DNA of 64,000 bases from Guillardia theta CCMP2712. Taxonomy: Eukaryota > Protista > Cryptophyta. The notes below the pieces were generated by a model that saw only the letters and a program-made list of their open reading frames with translations, was not told the DNA's origin and ran no database searches. This document shows, in pieces, positions 1-12,254 of this stretch. The stretch is from positions 473,319 to 537,318 of the forward strand of contig NW_005434657.1 in NCBI RefSeq assembly GCF_000315625.1, read 5' to 3'. The position numbers and the translations under genes are program-made. Positions within the stretch are counted from its first letter, which is position 1, and each line of letters starts with the position of its first letter.

Positions 1-452
1 GAGCTCGCTTTGCTAGGGCTCTGATAGAGACGGGATAGCATTAACTTTGTTTTTAAGGATTGAAACATGCGTATTCATTGCCGACTAAGAATACAGAAAC
101 CGGTATGATTGATAAAATACTCTTTACCATTTCGCACAGATTCTCTTTCTTTCTGGGCAACTCTGAGCAGGACTGGGTCTTCAGACCCCGTCTAGTTGTT
201 GCAACATGCGAGCATCAAGTGGCTGTTTGTATGACACTGAGTCAGACAATCTGCTCAGCCTGCAGTCATACAATAAGTGAATGGTGCAAAGGAGCAGTAC
301 AGGGCAAGTTTAAACCCCATGAGTTCAAGTGACTTCTGTGAGACATCATCGGTGAGAAGCTGAAGAATTTAAGAAGGTGATGGGTGCAATTTTCAATCCC
401 ATGGGTTTAATCGTATCTGAGCATGCAGCAGCAACAGGCTTTGGTTTCTACA

Positions 453-999
453 CTAGTGAGCACCCTCGAGGTCAGAGAGATTCTCCTCGTCTCTCGTCAT
501 GTACCATGCTATCCAGCTCCTCTCAAGAGGCTCCCATCCCTCTCCCTCCTCCCAACTGCCTTCCAACCGCTGCCCTGTCTCTACCTCTGTCTCGACATGT
601 TCTGCGAATATTCTCTTCTCTCTGCTGATCCTCGTGTCTCCTTCCTCATGGCTCCCTGCTGCAGTCAAGACTGCAGCCGATTCCCGCCCTCCGCCCTCCC
701 CTCCTTTGAGAGGTTCTGAAACAACAAGCTGCTCTTGTGCAGTAGGCCAGCGAGCAAGGCCCAGCTTCCGGCAGCACGTCTTCAAGCTCGTCAGCGACAT
801 CCCCTGCCATCGTCGTCACCGCATCCACCATCGCCCCCAGCAGGCAGGACAAGGAGTGGCTTACCAGGGAGTAGGCGGCGTCTTCCTGCCTCATGTGGAA
901 GTAGGGGCTCAGGGAGTCGAGGGTGAGCTGGACGGTGACGGGGGGGCGATGGTGGACTCTGGCTCGGACGGAGCAGGAGGGAACAGGGTTTGTGGTCAT
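453..999 (-). CDS. RWP-RK domain transcription factor (2 exons, intron 804-864)
   Basis: Splicing a GTAAG...GCAG intron (864-804) joins VQLTLDSLSPYFHMRQEDAAYSL to GMSLTSLKTCCRKLGLARWP, a typical RWP-RK motif. Stop at 453. Confidence 0.88.
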
Positions 1000-1299
1000 C
1001 GTGATAACCTTTGCTGCTTGTGTAACGAGCTGCAAGTTTTCTGTCTCGGATTTGGTTTGTAGAGAAGTTCTTGTCTACTGTCACTCGTGCACTCGCTTCT
1101 GTCTACAGGGTTGGTCGGGAACTAGCGGAGCCTCTGGGTAGCTTTCATCGCTTGCTCCCCATTCATGGTCGTCAGCCCCGATATCAAATAAAGCCTCCAC
1201 ATGCAGGGCCGATGACAGTCAGCAGGTCACGCGACAGTTAAACCTGGAAGTCACGACCACGAGCCGTGCACATATCCGGGGCCAGAGATTTGAATTGGC

Positions 1300-3230
1300 T
1301 TCCTGTAAAATCGAAATTCTTTGAGAGAAGTTGGGGATTGTGAATCGGATCTGGCCGTCATCACGGAGCACATAATTGTTCCCCTAGGGGGTGTCGGGGG
1401 CAAATTATATCGTTCCTTGACGCTTGCCAGCTAGGGCATTTGCTCTGAGGCTGACACACTGCCGTGCGCCGCCGGGCCCACTGGCACCCGAGATGCACGG
1501 CACCGGGTGTTAAGACTGCCCTGGCAGGGCCGTCAACCGTGCTGATGACGTGCCAGGGTGGCAGATCGTCACCGGGCACCGTACATTGAGCCTCGGAGAG
1601 TGACCGGATAGGGTTGGTGCTCACTGTCTTTTGGTCGGAGAGCCTTGCGAGAGTCTTGCCACTCTCTGGTCAAAGCAAACTGACTGAAGCCTCCTCGCCC
1701 TCTCAGGATCTCAGGATCACCTGAGACGGCGAGGCCGAGAGACCATCCAGCGCTGCCGTTTCCTTGTTCGCCAAGCGACCCGCCAGCCACCAAAGAAAGC
1801 GCAACCGGCATCATCCTGCAGGAGTCCATCAGTGCTCAGCGGCTGGCGATGATGGGAAGAAAGGCCTTTGGCTGGACGTGCTGAGCAGATGCGTTACCCG
1901 GTATCCCAAAATCCCCTACGATCTTCAGGGCCATGTTGGGAAACGTTTTTTGCCTGGTCAGTGCCGGGAACGCCTTGCACGTGGACGCGGCATCTCACAC
2001 CTGAATCTTTGATGAGGGTACTGAGGACGGCATTGCACTTCTCATGCGCATCAAACGGGCTGCGGTGCCTGCAGGTTGCCATGTGTGTGGTCCCCCCAGG
2101 ATGACGGAGGAGATGTTGGCATTAATCACAGTGCGGCAGGAGGTCAATCGGAAGTCCATGAAGAAACTTGTCAGCTGCAGCCACTGACCAAGCTTATGGG
2201 CTGCTGCTCAAAGATCCCAAGGTTTGTACTTTCCCTAATTGAGTGTCGGTAAACTGAGACAGAAGTTCATCAACCGGATGGCCTGGTACTCGAAGTTGAG
2301 TAGAGTAGATGGAGTGATCTGCCAACAAGGATTGCTGACACTTGGAAAGGTTAGCCTGAATACTGCGGAACCGAGGAAAAACTGCAGGAGGGATTGAGCC
2401 GTGAGCACCCTCGCTGGGCTGGGATGAGAAACACACTGCCAGATGTCCCACATTATGCAGGCGAGGGGACTGTACCCCTTCACTAATACTAAGTCGTCTC
2501 CTTGACGATTCGGTTGTTGGCGCTTACCTTGCTGTGCCCGCTGTCATGTAGCTCGCCCCATCCCAGCAGATCCTATTCTTGACTGCTGCGTGGCATCATG
2601 CGGACCGCCTCTATTTCCCTGCGCTTGGCCATCTTGTTCAAGAGAAACACGCTCTTCTAATTTCAACAAGGTCTCCTATCTCCCTTGGGGGAAATGTTAG
2701 ATACGGTAGCTCACCTCCCAGCAGGTCTGGCGTAAATTGTAGCGCACTCTTCCTTTTATCAATCGTCTGGCGATTGAAGTGTTTGGTCGTGGTAATAGAG
2801 GGATTGCGAGCAAGCAGTTCCGGAAGCTTGTGAGGGCCCTGCTGAGCAAAGAGAGGGAGGGCTTTGTCCCACACAAGGCATGTCTTGTGGACACAGGTTA
2901 CGAAAGAGTGATGCCGCGCCGAAATCCGCACCAGGGTCCTCAGGGAAAAAGTTTGCAGGTTGAGGAGGGGGTGGTGGGGGTGTGGGATGTACTGTGGGCT
3001 GATCATTGGTTGTCCTCGGTAAAGCGGGTCGATGAAATCTTGCCTGCTTCCTCCGGCTGTCGTCCTACGGAAGAGAAGCTGAAGGGAAAGATTGCCTACC
3101 CGTCAAACCCGGCGTGCCAGAGAGTAAAGGTGATCAACAACAGAAGTGTGACGATGGAGGACGGCAGTCAGCTTGATGGTAACGGCTGGCACGGATTGTG
3201 CCGTTGGAGTGTTGACTGAACATAACAATA
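1300..3230 (-). mobile_element. Degenerate non-LTR retrotransposon relic (CRE/RLE-type C-terminus); limits approximate
   Basis: Minus-strand frame at about 2190-1995 reads WSVAAADKFLHGLPIDLLPHCD*CQHLLRHPGGTTHMATCRHRSPFDAHEKCNAVLSTLIKDSGV. This fits the GLP...CxxC...H...C...H...G zinc knuckle found before the endonuclease of RLE-type elements. There is an in-frame stop and I could not build a coherent spliced gene nearby. Confidence 0.45.
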
Positions 3231-3393
3231 AAACCCCGGCCGGACCTAACTAATCAACATCAATTTCAGCAATTCCCAGCAGATTTCAGTGCTATAGCGA
3301 AAAATTCTGAACATGACAACAAAATCTCTCCCAGCAATTCCCAGCGACTAGCAAAGAATTCATGCATCATCTAAAATATTTTCCAAGCGCTCT

Positions 3394-6300
3394 GCGATCA
3401 CCAAGCGAGGGCGGCAGGGAACGAGGTAGCAATGACGGGGGGGGAGGGAAGGCATAGTAGCCTGATGTCAAGTGGAAGGGAGAGGAGAGGAGTCTCGTCC
3501 TGGAGATCAGTTATGTTGGTCCAATCTTGTGTCCATCAGTGTTGGGGGGAAAGCTCGAGGCTGACAGAGCACTCTGTTGCAGGGGGAAGTTGGACATGGT
3601 TGGTAAGAAGTCAAGGTTTGTTGCGGCAGCGATCTCTCGACGTGCGCCTTCTCATAGGTACGCAGGAAGGGCAGAGCTGCTGCAAACTCTGATGAAGCTG
3701 AGCACGAGGCTGCCGCAAGCTCTCAGGTTGGCAACCGACACGACCCTCGCACTGAAGCTCACTGTTCTTGACAGAGTGAGAAGACGCTCTACGACCTGCT
3801 CAACGTATGCATGATTGACAATGAAGGCGAGCGTGCTTGTGAAGTGTGAGATGTAGGTTAGCAAGGATGCCTCCATGTCCGAGATCAAGAAGGTGAGTGC
3901 TCCGTCTCTGCCGCTAGACCTCAACGATGAGTTTGGGGTTTCCAGGCATATCACAAACTCGCCATCGAATGTCATCCTGACAAGCGACCTGACGATCCAG
4001 AGGGTATGGAATGAAGTCCTTGCCTTGATGGAGTTTAACAGTCTTGTAGCTAAAGAGAAGTTCCAACAGCTGCAAAAAGTGAAGGAAATTTTGCTAGACG
4101 AGGAAAAGAGAAAAGTATACGATGGTACCGGACAACAGCAAGTTTGGTTCCAACCGCATAAAGCTAAGATCATGTGCAGAGACAGGCGTCGTTCCGGAAG
4201 ATGGCTGCTTTGATGGACTCCAAGGAAAGTCCTTTGCCGGTACAGATGTACGATTTGCCGGACGTGTATTCACTTCGAAACATAGAGCTTTACGAATACT
4301 ATCGGGCAATTTACCAACCTGTTACCGAAGAAGATTATCAGGTGATTCATTCGAAGATACCTCAACTGTATTGATACATATGTGCAGTCTTGGGAGAAGA
4401 AGTACCCTGGAAGCGAGGAAGAGAAACAAGACGTTGCAGCGTAACTTTCATATTGTTTGGCATATTTCGATCGTGATGAATCTTGCGCAGATTCTACAAA
4501 AAGAAGGCTGGTAACATGTCACGGGTGAGTGATTGGAGTTTTCTCTTTCGATCCGAATGACGATTTCAATCAATCAAGGTATGTGCTTACATTCCATTCT
4601 GCGAGGAAGAAGATTGCTGGAGGATCAAAACGGTGAAATTATCAAACATGGCGATGCAGCATTGCTTGGCAAAAAGAAGACCGAGCAGTGACATTGAAAT
4701 GATTTGAATCAGATCATAGATGAGATGATTCAGAAAGGAGAACTGGAGGTGAGAGGATAATATTTGGGTTGATCGAAGGTTGAATTGTGGACCAGGAGAC
4801 AGCAGCTTACAAGAAGTTCAAACCCAAGCAATACCCCGAAGAAGAAGTCATTTCAAAGATCCTCTCCGTGCTGTGCTTCTGACTTTGGGGTTCCCTAAGT
4901 GAAGAAGATCAAGAGCGAAAGAGCTCCCGAGGAAGGTTGGGAAGAGGCGAAGGATGAGTTGGAGTCCAAGAAAAGAAACTCAATGGACGATCTTGCTGCG
5001 CTCATCTTGGTACGTTGACCATGCCCGTGTCTGCCTGTGATCTGTGGTCTAGGCGAAGAGACGCTATTATTGAACATGAAGTACTCCAAGGTGCGGCTCC
5101 CAGCTTCTTCCTTTTTGCACATCCAATCAATTTCTGCAGGGTAAGAGCAAACCGCCGGGGCCACTTGGCCAGGCCTACCAGGTGCCTCGAGTCGCTCCGG
5201 GCTACCAGGCTCCGGGCCGTCACCCGGCCCCGCCGGGAACTTAGTTCGCAGTTGAAGGATTTCACTTAACTTTGAGTAAAGTCACACACCGGGCCTCAAA
5301 ATCGCTCGGACGAGTTCCGGCTGGCGGGAAATTTCAAACGCGGTTCGCACCGCGATCACCAATGCGAGAGCGGCAGGGAACGAGGCAGCAGTGACGGGGG
5401 GGGAGGGAAGGCGTAGTAGCCTGATGTCAAGTGAAAGGGAGAGGAGAGGAGTCTCGTCCTGGAGATCAGTTATGTTGGTCCAATCTTGTGCCCATCAGTG
5501 TTGGGAGGAAAGCTCGAGGCTGACAGAGCACTCTGCTGCAGGGGGAAGTTGGACATGGTTGGTAAGAAGTCAAGGTTTGTTGCGGCAGCGATCTCTCGAC
5601 GTGCGCCTTCTCATCGGTACGCAGGAAGGGCAGAGCTGCTGCAAACTCTGATGAAGCTGAGCACGAGGCTGCCGCAAGCTCTCAGGTTGGCAACCGACAC
5701 GACCATCGCACTGAAGCTCACTGTTCTTGACAGAGTGAGAAGACGCTCTACGACCTGCTCAACGTATGCATGATTGACAATGAAGGCGAGCGTGCTTGTG
5801 AAGTGTGAGATGTAGGTTAGCAAGGATGCCTCCATGTCCGAGATCAAGAAGGTGAGTGCTCCGTCCCTGCCACTAGACCTCAAGGATGAGTTTGGGGTTT
5901 CCAGGCATATCACAAACTCGCCATCGAATGTCATCCTGACAAGCGACCTGACGATCCAGAGGGTATGGAATGAAGTCCTTGCCTTGATGGAGTTAACAGT
6001 CTTGTAGCTAAAGAGAAGTTCCAACAGCTGCAAAAAGTGAAGGAAATTTTGCTAGACGAGGAAAAGAGAAAAGTATACGATGGTACCGGACAACAGCAAG
6101 TTTGGTTCCAACCGCATAAAGCTAAGATCATGTGCAGAGACAGGCGTCGTTCCGGGAGATGGCTGCTTTGATGGACTCCAAGGAAAGTCCTTTGCCGGTA
6201 CAGATGTACGATTTGCCGGACGTGTATTCACTTCGAAACATAGAGCTTTACGAATACTATCGGGCAATTTACCAACCTGTTACCGAAGAAGAGTATCAGG

Positions 6301-7140
6301 TGATTCATTCGAAGATACCTCAACTGTGTTCATTCATATGTGCAGTCTTGGGAGAAGAAGTACCCTGGAAGCGAGGAAGAGAAACAAGACGTTGCAGCGT
6401 AACTTTCATATTGTTTGGCATATTTCGATCGTGATGAATCTTGCGCAGATTCTACAAAAAGAAGGCTGGTAACATGTCACGGGTGAGTGATTGGAGTTTT
6501 CTCTTTCGATCCGAATGACGATTTCAATCAATCAAGGTGTGTGATTACATTCCATTCTGCGAGGAAGAAGATTGCTGGAGGATCAAAACGGTGAAATTAT
6601 CAAACATGGCGATGCAGCATTGCTTGGCAAAAAGAAGACCGAGCAGTGACATTGAAATGATTTGAATCAGATCATAGATGAGATGATTCAGAAAGGAGAA
6701 CTGGAGGTGAGAGGATAATATTTGGGTTGATCGAAGGTTGAATTGTGGACCAGGAGACAGCAGCTTACAAGAAGTTCAAACCCAAGCAATACTCCGAAGA
6801 AGAAGTCATTTCAAAGATTCTCTCTGTGCTGTGCTTCTGACTTTATGGTTCCCTAGGTGAAGAAGATCAAGAGCGAAAGAGCTCCCGAGGAAGGTTGGGA
6901 AGAGGCGAAGGATGAGTTGGAGTCCAAGAAAAGAAACTCGATGGACGATCTTGCTGCGCTCATCTTGGTACGTTGACCATGCCCGTGTCTGCCTGTGATC
7001 TGTGGTCTAGGCGAAGAGGCGCGAGAGAGAATCTGCCTTCGATGGCATGATAGGTGCCATGGAAATGAAGTACTCCAAGGTGCGGCTCCCAGCTTCTTCC
7101 TTCAAGTTTTGCATATCCAATTTTTGCAGGGTAAGAGCAA
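3394..7140 (+). repeat. Tandem segmental duplication (unit about 1.75 kb, offset 1959 bp)
   Basis: 3394-5150 is nearly identical to 5353-7140, introns included. Confidence 0.95.
3596..5150 (+). pseudogene. DNAJC9: DNAJC9-like J-domain gene, copy 1 (probably truncated or pseudogenised)
   Basis: Spliced product MVGKKSRKGR...[48 protein letters not shown] has the HPD motif. Relative to copy 2, one acceptor is changed (ccctag to ccctaa at 4898) and the penultimate exon reads AKRRYY*. Confidence 0.75.
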
Positions 7141-7159
7141 AACCAAGGGCAAGCGATGA
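5555..7159 (+). CDS. DNAJC9: DNAJC9/ATJ6-like J-domain co-chaperone, copy 2 (intact, multi-exon)
   Basis: J-domain with HPD, then YEYYRAIYQPVTEEEYQ/SWEKKYPGSEEEKQDV and C-terminal DDLAALILAKRRERESAFDGMIGAMEMKYSKGKSKTKGKR*. All match DNAJC9-family motifs and the introns are consistent GT-AG. Confidence 0.88.
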
Positions 7160-7520
7160 ACTGAATGAAGTCCGTCAGTCGAGTCTTCTTAAGCAGAGTC
7201 TGTGTATTCCCCCGTATCATCATAGTAAAGCCCCACATGTAGATTGTGACCGTGGAGTAAAGATTTATTCAGCCATGGCTGCGCCCACCGTGACAGCCTC
7301 CGCTCGGCCGCCTCAGTACGGTAGTACCGTACTATGACGCCGGACCGCAACTGTCCGGTCTGCTGAGTGCGGCAACCGTGAACTTGCCGGCCCGGGCGGC
7401 GGCGGCCGACTCGGATCCGGGTCGGCCCGAGTTGATGCGGCCCGGCAGCCCCGGCCGGGTTTGATCCGCCCCGGGGTATAAAACATATAAGGAATGGCGA
7501 AGGTGAGTCGTGACGACTGC

Positions 7521-7522
<2 letters not shown>

Positions 7523-7552
<30 letters not shown>

Positions 7553-7553
7553 T

Positions 7554-7603
<50 letters not shown>

Positions 7604-7606
7604 CAG
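7523..7606. repeat. (GGAGCA)n hexanucleotide microsatellite
   Basis: Read directly; about 13 units. Confidence 0.95.
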
Positions 7607-8078
7607 GATTACATTGAGGACGATGGTTCGTTAGTATCGAGGAGAGGGCGGCAGGGAGGATGATGAAAAAACTAGACCATAGAATATCAAAGTTAAAGCA
7701 ACCATGCTACGAGTAGAGTCAGCAAGGACTCAAACTCGAAGACAAGGCTGCTGACAAAGAGCAACAGTGAATAGTCAATGTCGGGATACAGGGATCAACA
7801 ATAGGACTGAAACATCTTCCCCGACAAGATAAAAACACTCACAAAGTTGTTGATTTGATGAACTTTGCAGAATGTCTTTCTGCTGGGTCTGCTGGGTCTC
7901 GTTCTTGAATCCGAGGCTTTTGCACCTGGAGGTAGATACCTCCAAATGCAAATAGTGAGTAATCCAGTTTCTTTGAAGGGAATCTAATGAAATCTCTTCT
8001 TCGGACACATCCATGGTACTCTTGTATTTCTGGCTCGCTAGATTGTTAAGTCTTGATTCTACCTTTCTCTAGGAAGAC

Positions 8079-9060
8079 ATGTCAAGTACTGTATTTGTTT
8101 CTGTTGGTGATAGCATGTGACCGATGTCAGTCCCAGATGCCCGCACGCCTCGCCTGTGCTGGGACTCGTCAGACGCTCCGAGCCTCCCAAACCAATCTTC
8201 CTGGGCCCAACACTCGAGCAGACGAGCTCGTCAAGGCAAGGAGGATCGGCAGGATGTTTTTCAGCGCGATGACTGTGATGACGAGCAGTGGCTGTGGAAC
8301 GAGGCTCAGTTCCGCCCTGACTACCCCTCGATCTCGTTGGACTATTTTGCAGATGATGTTGTGTACGAGGCAAACGACAGTCATTGCAAGGCACTTTGGT
8401 GACTTTGCGATCAGGATATGGTGTACTCCGAGCCTTTCGTAGGGAAGGACGCAGTAAGGGGTAGCCGGGCTGCACTGTCAACGTTCTCCTCCCTGACATT
8501 TCCCCCAGAGTTTCTGCTCAAGACCAAGGAAATGGCTCCTCCTGACTTTGTATTTGTCGTCGACAGGGTGAGTAGCAGCAAGACAAGATTAGTGTTCCTG
8601 ATATCAAGTACAGGTCTCCGACGGCGTTAGGAGCTGCGGGCTGACTTGGCACATCGAGTGCGAACCCATGCCTCCGAAGATGTGTGAAAATTCTTTGACT
8701 TGCTGTCCAGGTTGAAGACCCGACCCGATGCAGGGAAGTTTGCCAACGGATGTTCCTTCTACGAGCTCAACAGGTGGAGTCGAGTTTCTTTCTCTTCCAT
8801 TTACATGCTATGAAATTTTTGCTGAGCCTTGCTGCAGCGAGGGGAAAATCTGCTACATCCGAGACACGGTCCTCCCTTCCGGGGTTGAGATTGTTGGTTG
8901 CTGAGTGTCCTGCTCTGCTCTCTAGGTGGAATCTCCTCTCAAGATCGGATCGTTCGGATTGGAAAGATGCGACGAGTCGAGGAGTCGAGGTCTAACGCTG
9001 GAGCAGGTACTGGCCAATCTTGCAGCTAAGGCCATCAAAATGACCCCGCCGCCGAGTTAA
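8079..9060 (+). CDS. SnoaL-like / NTF2-like domain protein (multi-exon; 5' end uncertain)
   Basis: Spliced product LDYFADDVVYE|DMVYSEPFVGKDAVR|EFLLKTKEMAPPDFVFVVDR|VSDGVRSCGLTWHIE|LKTRPDAGKFANGCSFYELNS|EGKICYIRDT|VESPLKIG fits the SnoaL/NTF2-like pattern. Stop TAA at 9058-9060. Confidence 0.8.
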
Positions 9061-9115
9061 AGTCATGATCGCTATCGTTGTTTGCTGCTGAGGTGCTGAT
9101 GGCAAAACAGGCATG

Positions 9116-9778
9116 TTACTGGAGAAGCATGGAGCAAGAGAAGGAAGGCGGAGGAAGGCGGAGAGGAGGGAGAAGAGGAGGAATACTGGGAGGGTGAGCA
9201 CCTGGAATATCTTACGAACCAGTACAACTTCGAAGAATTCAAACTTGCTGTTCTCGTCGTTCGAGTTACTGGCGGGCCATTGTCAGAGGGCCCCCACCAA
9301 GACTCACGCCTGCCACGTCACCTTGAGGACAACTTGTCCGCGAACTCGTTGCGGGGGGTCTCCCCCTCCTTCCAAAGCTTCGGGATCATGGGAGGCTTCG
9401 ACGGGGCGGACTGGCGCTGATCCCCTGCCTCCTCCCACCTCCTGCTGTTCACCCGCAAGAACCCCAGCGAGACCGTGGACCCCTCGCTCCCCAGGATGAG
9501 AGCCCCGACCTCCTGCAGCCTCATCGGCGACACGTCCACCCCGTCCACCTTCAAGGCACTCAGCACAGGGACGCAGGAAGCACGTCGGGCTCCCTTACCT
9601 GCACCAGGACGTCTCCTGGGAAGATCATCTTGCACTTTGCTGCTGGCCCCTCAGGGTGACACCCCGTCACCTTCAAGCCGTTCCTTCCCGTCTCGAACGT
9701 GATGCCCACCCCCGCCATGCCCTTGGCTGCCCCGTCAAACCTCCTGGCATGCGGAGTCGGGAACTTTTCGTTTCTCAT
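9116..9778 (-). CDS. PDZ domain protein (multi-exon)
   Basis: GVGITFETGRNGLKVTGCHPEGPAAKCKMIFPGDVLVQ|VDGVDVSPMRLQEVGALILGSEGSTVSLGFLR, with later exons ...FFEVVLVRKIFQ|stop. Confidence 0.8.
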
Positions 9779-10249
9779 CGAGCAGCAGGATAAAACTTCA
9801 CCAAGATCCCCTGCACATTTGTTACCAGCAAACTCAAATGACCGAAAGATTGAATGGATTCAATGCTTTCTCTCGCCCCTCCTGCTTCCATGTGCTCCCT
9901 CCCCGCCCCGCCACTCCCCTGCCTGTCCCTTCTTCTCTATGGAGTGTCTCCCTCATTCTCCCTGTTGATCAGTGTCTTCCCATTCTCCCTCCATGTTTCC
10001 GCTCCTTTGCTCTTACTTCTACTCTGTCGCTGTGACTCGTCCATTTATCCATCCCTGTTGTTCTCCTCTCCTGTTCCCCTCCCTCCCTTTGTTTCTCCGC
10101 CTTTCCTCCTGCTTTCCTCCTGCTTTCCTCCTGCTTTCCTTCATCTCTTTCTCCTCTTTCCCTCCTCCTATTCGTCTCTCCCTGCCTCTCCTCTCCTTCA
10201 CATGCCCTCGTTTCTCCGCTTACCTAGCATGATGGCGAAACAACTGACA

Positions 10250-10620
10250 AATTTCCATCACCCATACCCCACACTGTTGGTACCCCTACCCATGAATCTA
10301 TACCCCACCCCACCCTACTACCACAGTTAACCCACCTTATTCTCAACAATCATACGGAAAAATACAAATGATTCACCACCCCTACCCCTTGTTTTGATTC
10401 GATCATCACAGACGTCCCACCCTAATTACCTCACACCCTACCATTGATAACCCCCACCCCCTCAAATTCCTCTCGTTTTACTCCCGGAGTGTCCGTACCC
10501 GAAACTCCCGACTCGGGGCCGAGAAACGGTTACAGACCGTTATTAGAAGATTTTTTTGACCGAGAGCCGTTGGTACTACTGCCGCAAGGGATAACGTCTC
10601 CCACTGCAAGTTGACCTGGT
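10250..10620 (+). repeat. ACCCC-rich strand-biased tract followed by a GC-rich island (recurrent intergenic element)
   Basis: Many ACCCC/CCCACCCC runs at 10250-10480, then a CCGG/CTCGG-rich segment. Confidence 0.55.
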
Positions 10621-10646
10621 CAACGTGATGCACCGGCGAACAGAGT

Positions 10647-10872
10647 GGAGGAGGAGGAGGAGGAGGAGGAGGAGGAGGAGGAGGAGGAGGAGGAGGAGGA
10701 GGAGGAGGAGGAGGAGGAGGAGGAGGAGGAGGAGGAGGAGGAGGAGGAGACGCNNNNNNNNNNNNNNNNNNNNNNNNNNNNNNNNNNNNNNNNNNNNNNN
10801 NNNNNNNNNNNNNNNNNNNNNNNNNNNNNNNNNNNNNNNNNNNNNNNNNNNNNGGAGGAGGAGGAGGAGGAG
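10647..10872. repeat. (GAG)n microsatellite interrupted by a 100-N assembly gap (10754-10853)
   Basis: Read directly. Confidence 0.95.
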
Positions 10873-11099
10873 AGCACAGAAGCAGGATCATGAGTGTACG
10901 GGTCAGCGCTGTCACTACCGTACTGAGGATGATCGGATAGATACTGAGAGAGGCCGCTCAAGGGCGGAGGCGGCCGGCGTGAAATGGGTTAACATCCAGC
11001 GGTCGTGGAATATGATTGAGAAAGACAACCGTGTCGGTCAGCATTTTAATGCTGACCTTGAGACATGCTTGTACGGTAGAGATAGTGATGTAAAACATG

Positions 11100-12192
11100 G
11101 CTAAATCATTAAGAACGGAGCAGGAAGAATGACGTGCAACAAGAAGAGAGATACAAAACCAAGAGTAGGCGGTAGCGTGATGGATGATTGGATTGATGAA
11201 TGCGATCCGATCTTGAGAGACTTCTACTGTGATGTTTTGTATTCATCGAAAGGCTAAAAGACAGAGAGCAACGAGTCAGCAGATGAGGTCATGGTCGTGC
11301 TGCTGACTCTGTTACGCACAGATGTCTTGACGGGATTCAGTGATGATGCATGTAATGAGAGACTGCTGGCCGTGCGGGAGATGCTAGCAGAGGAGTAATC
11401 ATGTTCCCTTGACATCCGGTTGACTCACTGTAGACATCGATCGGCATGCGCTCTCAGCTCAGCCAGTCAGCATGATCCGGCGGCTGTTCAGCAGGTCCAG
11501 CCTGGTCCGACCGGTCGAGGTCAACGCTGATGCTGACGTGGCTGCTGCTGAGAGTGGGACAGGCGCGGTGCGAGGTGGATGTGGAGGAGGGAACAGCAAA
11601 CGGCGTCAAGTCGGAGCTGGAGATTATACCGGCAGGTTGGGGGAGGAAAGAATGCAGATGCGAGGATGCCGCTGACGATGACCGGCGCAGGTTCTGCTGA
11701 TGGTACCGGGAGCTCGCAGTTCTCAAGGAGGAAGCTCAAATCGAGGGAAGGGTGCGCCTTGCTCGCGAGGGAGGAGGATCGTTGTGTGAGGTTGAGAGCA
11801 GCTCCAAGTGGCGCTCCTTCAAGTCTCTCTTTGCAAGTCACAAGGTCCATAGCACAGGCTTCCGATCCCTTGCTCATGGGTCGCAGGCTGAACCTGAACA
11901 GAACGGGGCGAGCAGACCTCCCCGGGCAGGAATGCGGCCGGATGAAGAGGCCAAGGTGGCTGACGTGCCCATCACAGAGTATCCCGCGGTGCAAGTTGTC
12001 GTGGACAAACAGGAGGAGGAAGTTTCGCCGACAGCGGGGCGAGCGAAAGTAGCCTGGGACACAGGGCATGTTCCCAAGGTAGAGCAGGAGCTGAGAGAGC
12101 TCGCAGCCCGGGAGTGACGACGTGGGCAGGTCTCTAAGATTCCTCTCAAACGGTGGGAAGGCGACGAGGAAGTGCTGAAGATGGCGAGGTAG

Positions 12193-12254
<62 letters not shown>

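Noticed and set aside
7523-7606. Possible CRISPR-like or coding repeat
   Set aside because: Simple hexamer tandem repeat without spacers; no CRISPR array or cas gene was seen anywhere in the window.
7775-8014. 79-aa minus-strand ORF with a GTGAGT donor
   Set aside because: No recognisable motif and no convincing full gene model, so left uncalled.
10478-11104. Poly-Pro/Ser/Arg/Glu ORFs
   Set aside because: Translations of the (GAG)n microsatellite and the N gap.
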